Source of the DNA: Eledone cirrhosa
Taxonomy: Eukaryota
Assembly: GCA_964016885.1 (NCBI GenBank)
Contig: OZ024749.1
Coordinates: 51,894,001 to 51,958,000, forward strand
DNA length: 64,000 bases
Reading direction: 5' to 3'
The position numbers were made by a program, and so were the translations under genes. This document shows positions 63,027 to 64,000 of this stretch, one piece after another. A model generated the notes under the pieces. That model saw nothing but the letters and a program-made list of their open reading frames with translations. It made no database searches and was not told where the DNA came from. The first letter of the stretch is position 1. Each line of letters opens with the position of its first letter.

Positions 63027-63651
63027 GGCATAGGTTAATTATAACGTTCGCGAAAATGAAAGTCAATTTTCTGACAAGTGAATGTGTTTTTTTTGTTTTT
63101 TTTACATTGAAAGTTATGATACAGTTTGTTTACAACAGGTCTATATAGTGATATGGTGTTAATTAGTATTGCGTGTGTGATTATTTTCTCTTATATATAT
63201 ATATGTGTGAGTGTGTATATGTGTGTATATATATGTGTGTCTGTATATATATATATATATGTGTTTGTATATATATATGTGTTTGTGTCATCATCATCGT
63301 TTAGATGTTTTTACCCAAATCCCTTATCATTCTGTCCTTCTTATGACCCGGCCTTAATTTGTTTATAGTTGGTGCCAACTTTGGCAAGATATTACAAAAA
63401 CATCTAAACGATGATGATGACACAAACACATATATATATATACATACAGACACACATATACACACCCACACATATATATATACGAGAAAATAATCACACA
63501 CGCAATACTAATTAACACCATATCACTATAGAGACCTGTTGTAAATAAACAAAGAGTGTATCGTAAATTTCACTGTAAAAAATAAAAAAAACACATTCAC
63601 TTGTCAGAAAGGTGACTTTCATTTTCGCGAACGTTATAATAAACCTATGCC
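63027..63651. repeat. Long inverted repeat or foldback element (arms about 255-285 bp) within (TA)n
   Basis: 63027-63312 is the reverse complement of 63396-63651. Confidence 0.85.
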
Positions 63652-64000
63652 ATATATATATATATATATATATATTTACCTCTTGTACAATATTTGTCTG
63701 AATATAATATTTTTTTCTTTTTTTTATATATAACTTTTATAAAGTTATTTACAATTTTTACATGCCCTTTAGTCTTTTGAGATCGGATGATTTTTTTCTG
63801 ATATATCCTGTATTTTACCTTGAAAAAATGTTTAAATTAGGCTTCTTCTATCCCAATCCCCGTGTAGAACTTCTAACGCTTCACCTCACCCATCAACTCA
63901 AACCCCGACACCTTCAAAATAAAAATTGCTGGTCTTGTGCCTAAATTACAAACTCTAATTATTATTATCTATGGGTTGATAAAATAAAGTACCAGTAATG

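Overview
AT-rich, microsatellite- and SINE-dense animal genomic DNA. The SINE and MITE repertoire suggests a coleoid cephalopod, probably an octopod (inference). Three + strand protein-coding genes can be assembled by hand from GT-AG exons. (1) The last exon of a GPI-anchored Ly6/three-finger (quiver-like) gene at 1100-1287. (2) A complete six-exon BLOC1S3 gene at 3784-9431 (190 aa) that includes a 20-nt microexon. (3) A complete 14-exon CD2AP/SH3KBP1 (CIN85/cindr) gene at 13472-51847 (about 644 aa: three SH3 domains, Pro-rich segment, CPI motif, coiled coil). Introns and flanks carry tRNA-derived SINEs, piggyBac-, mariner- and hAT-type MITEs, RTE and CRE LINE fragments and several minisatellites. 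The long ORFs at 26.9-30.4 kb are repeat artefacts. The most unusual signal is a set of non-coding palindromic or foldback elements carrying hammerhead-ribozyme cores of the Penelope/retrozyme type. It includes a near-canonical type I hammerhead with a roughly 95-nt extended stem II at 11618-11757, between BLOC1S3 and the CD2AP promoter. All coordinates and folds were read by eye; no alignments or folding programs were run.
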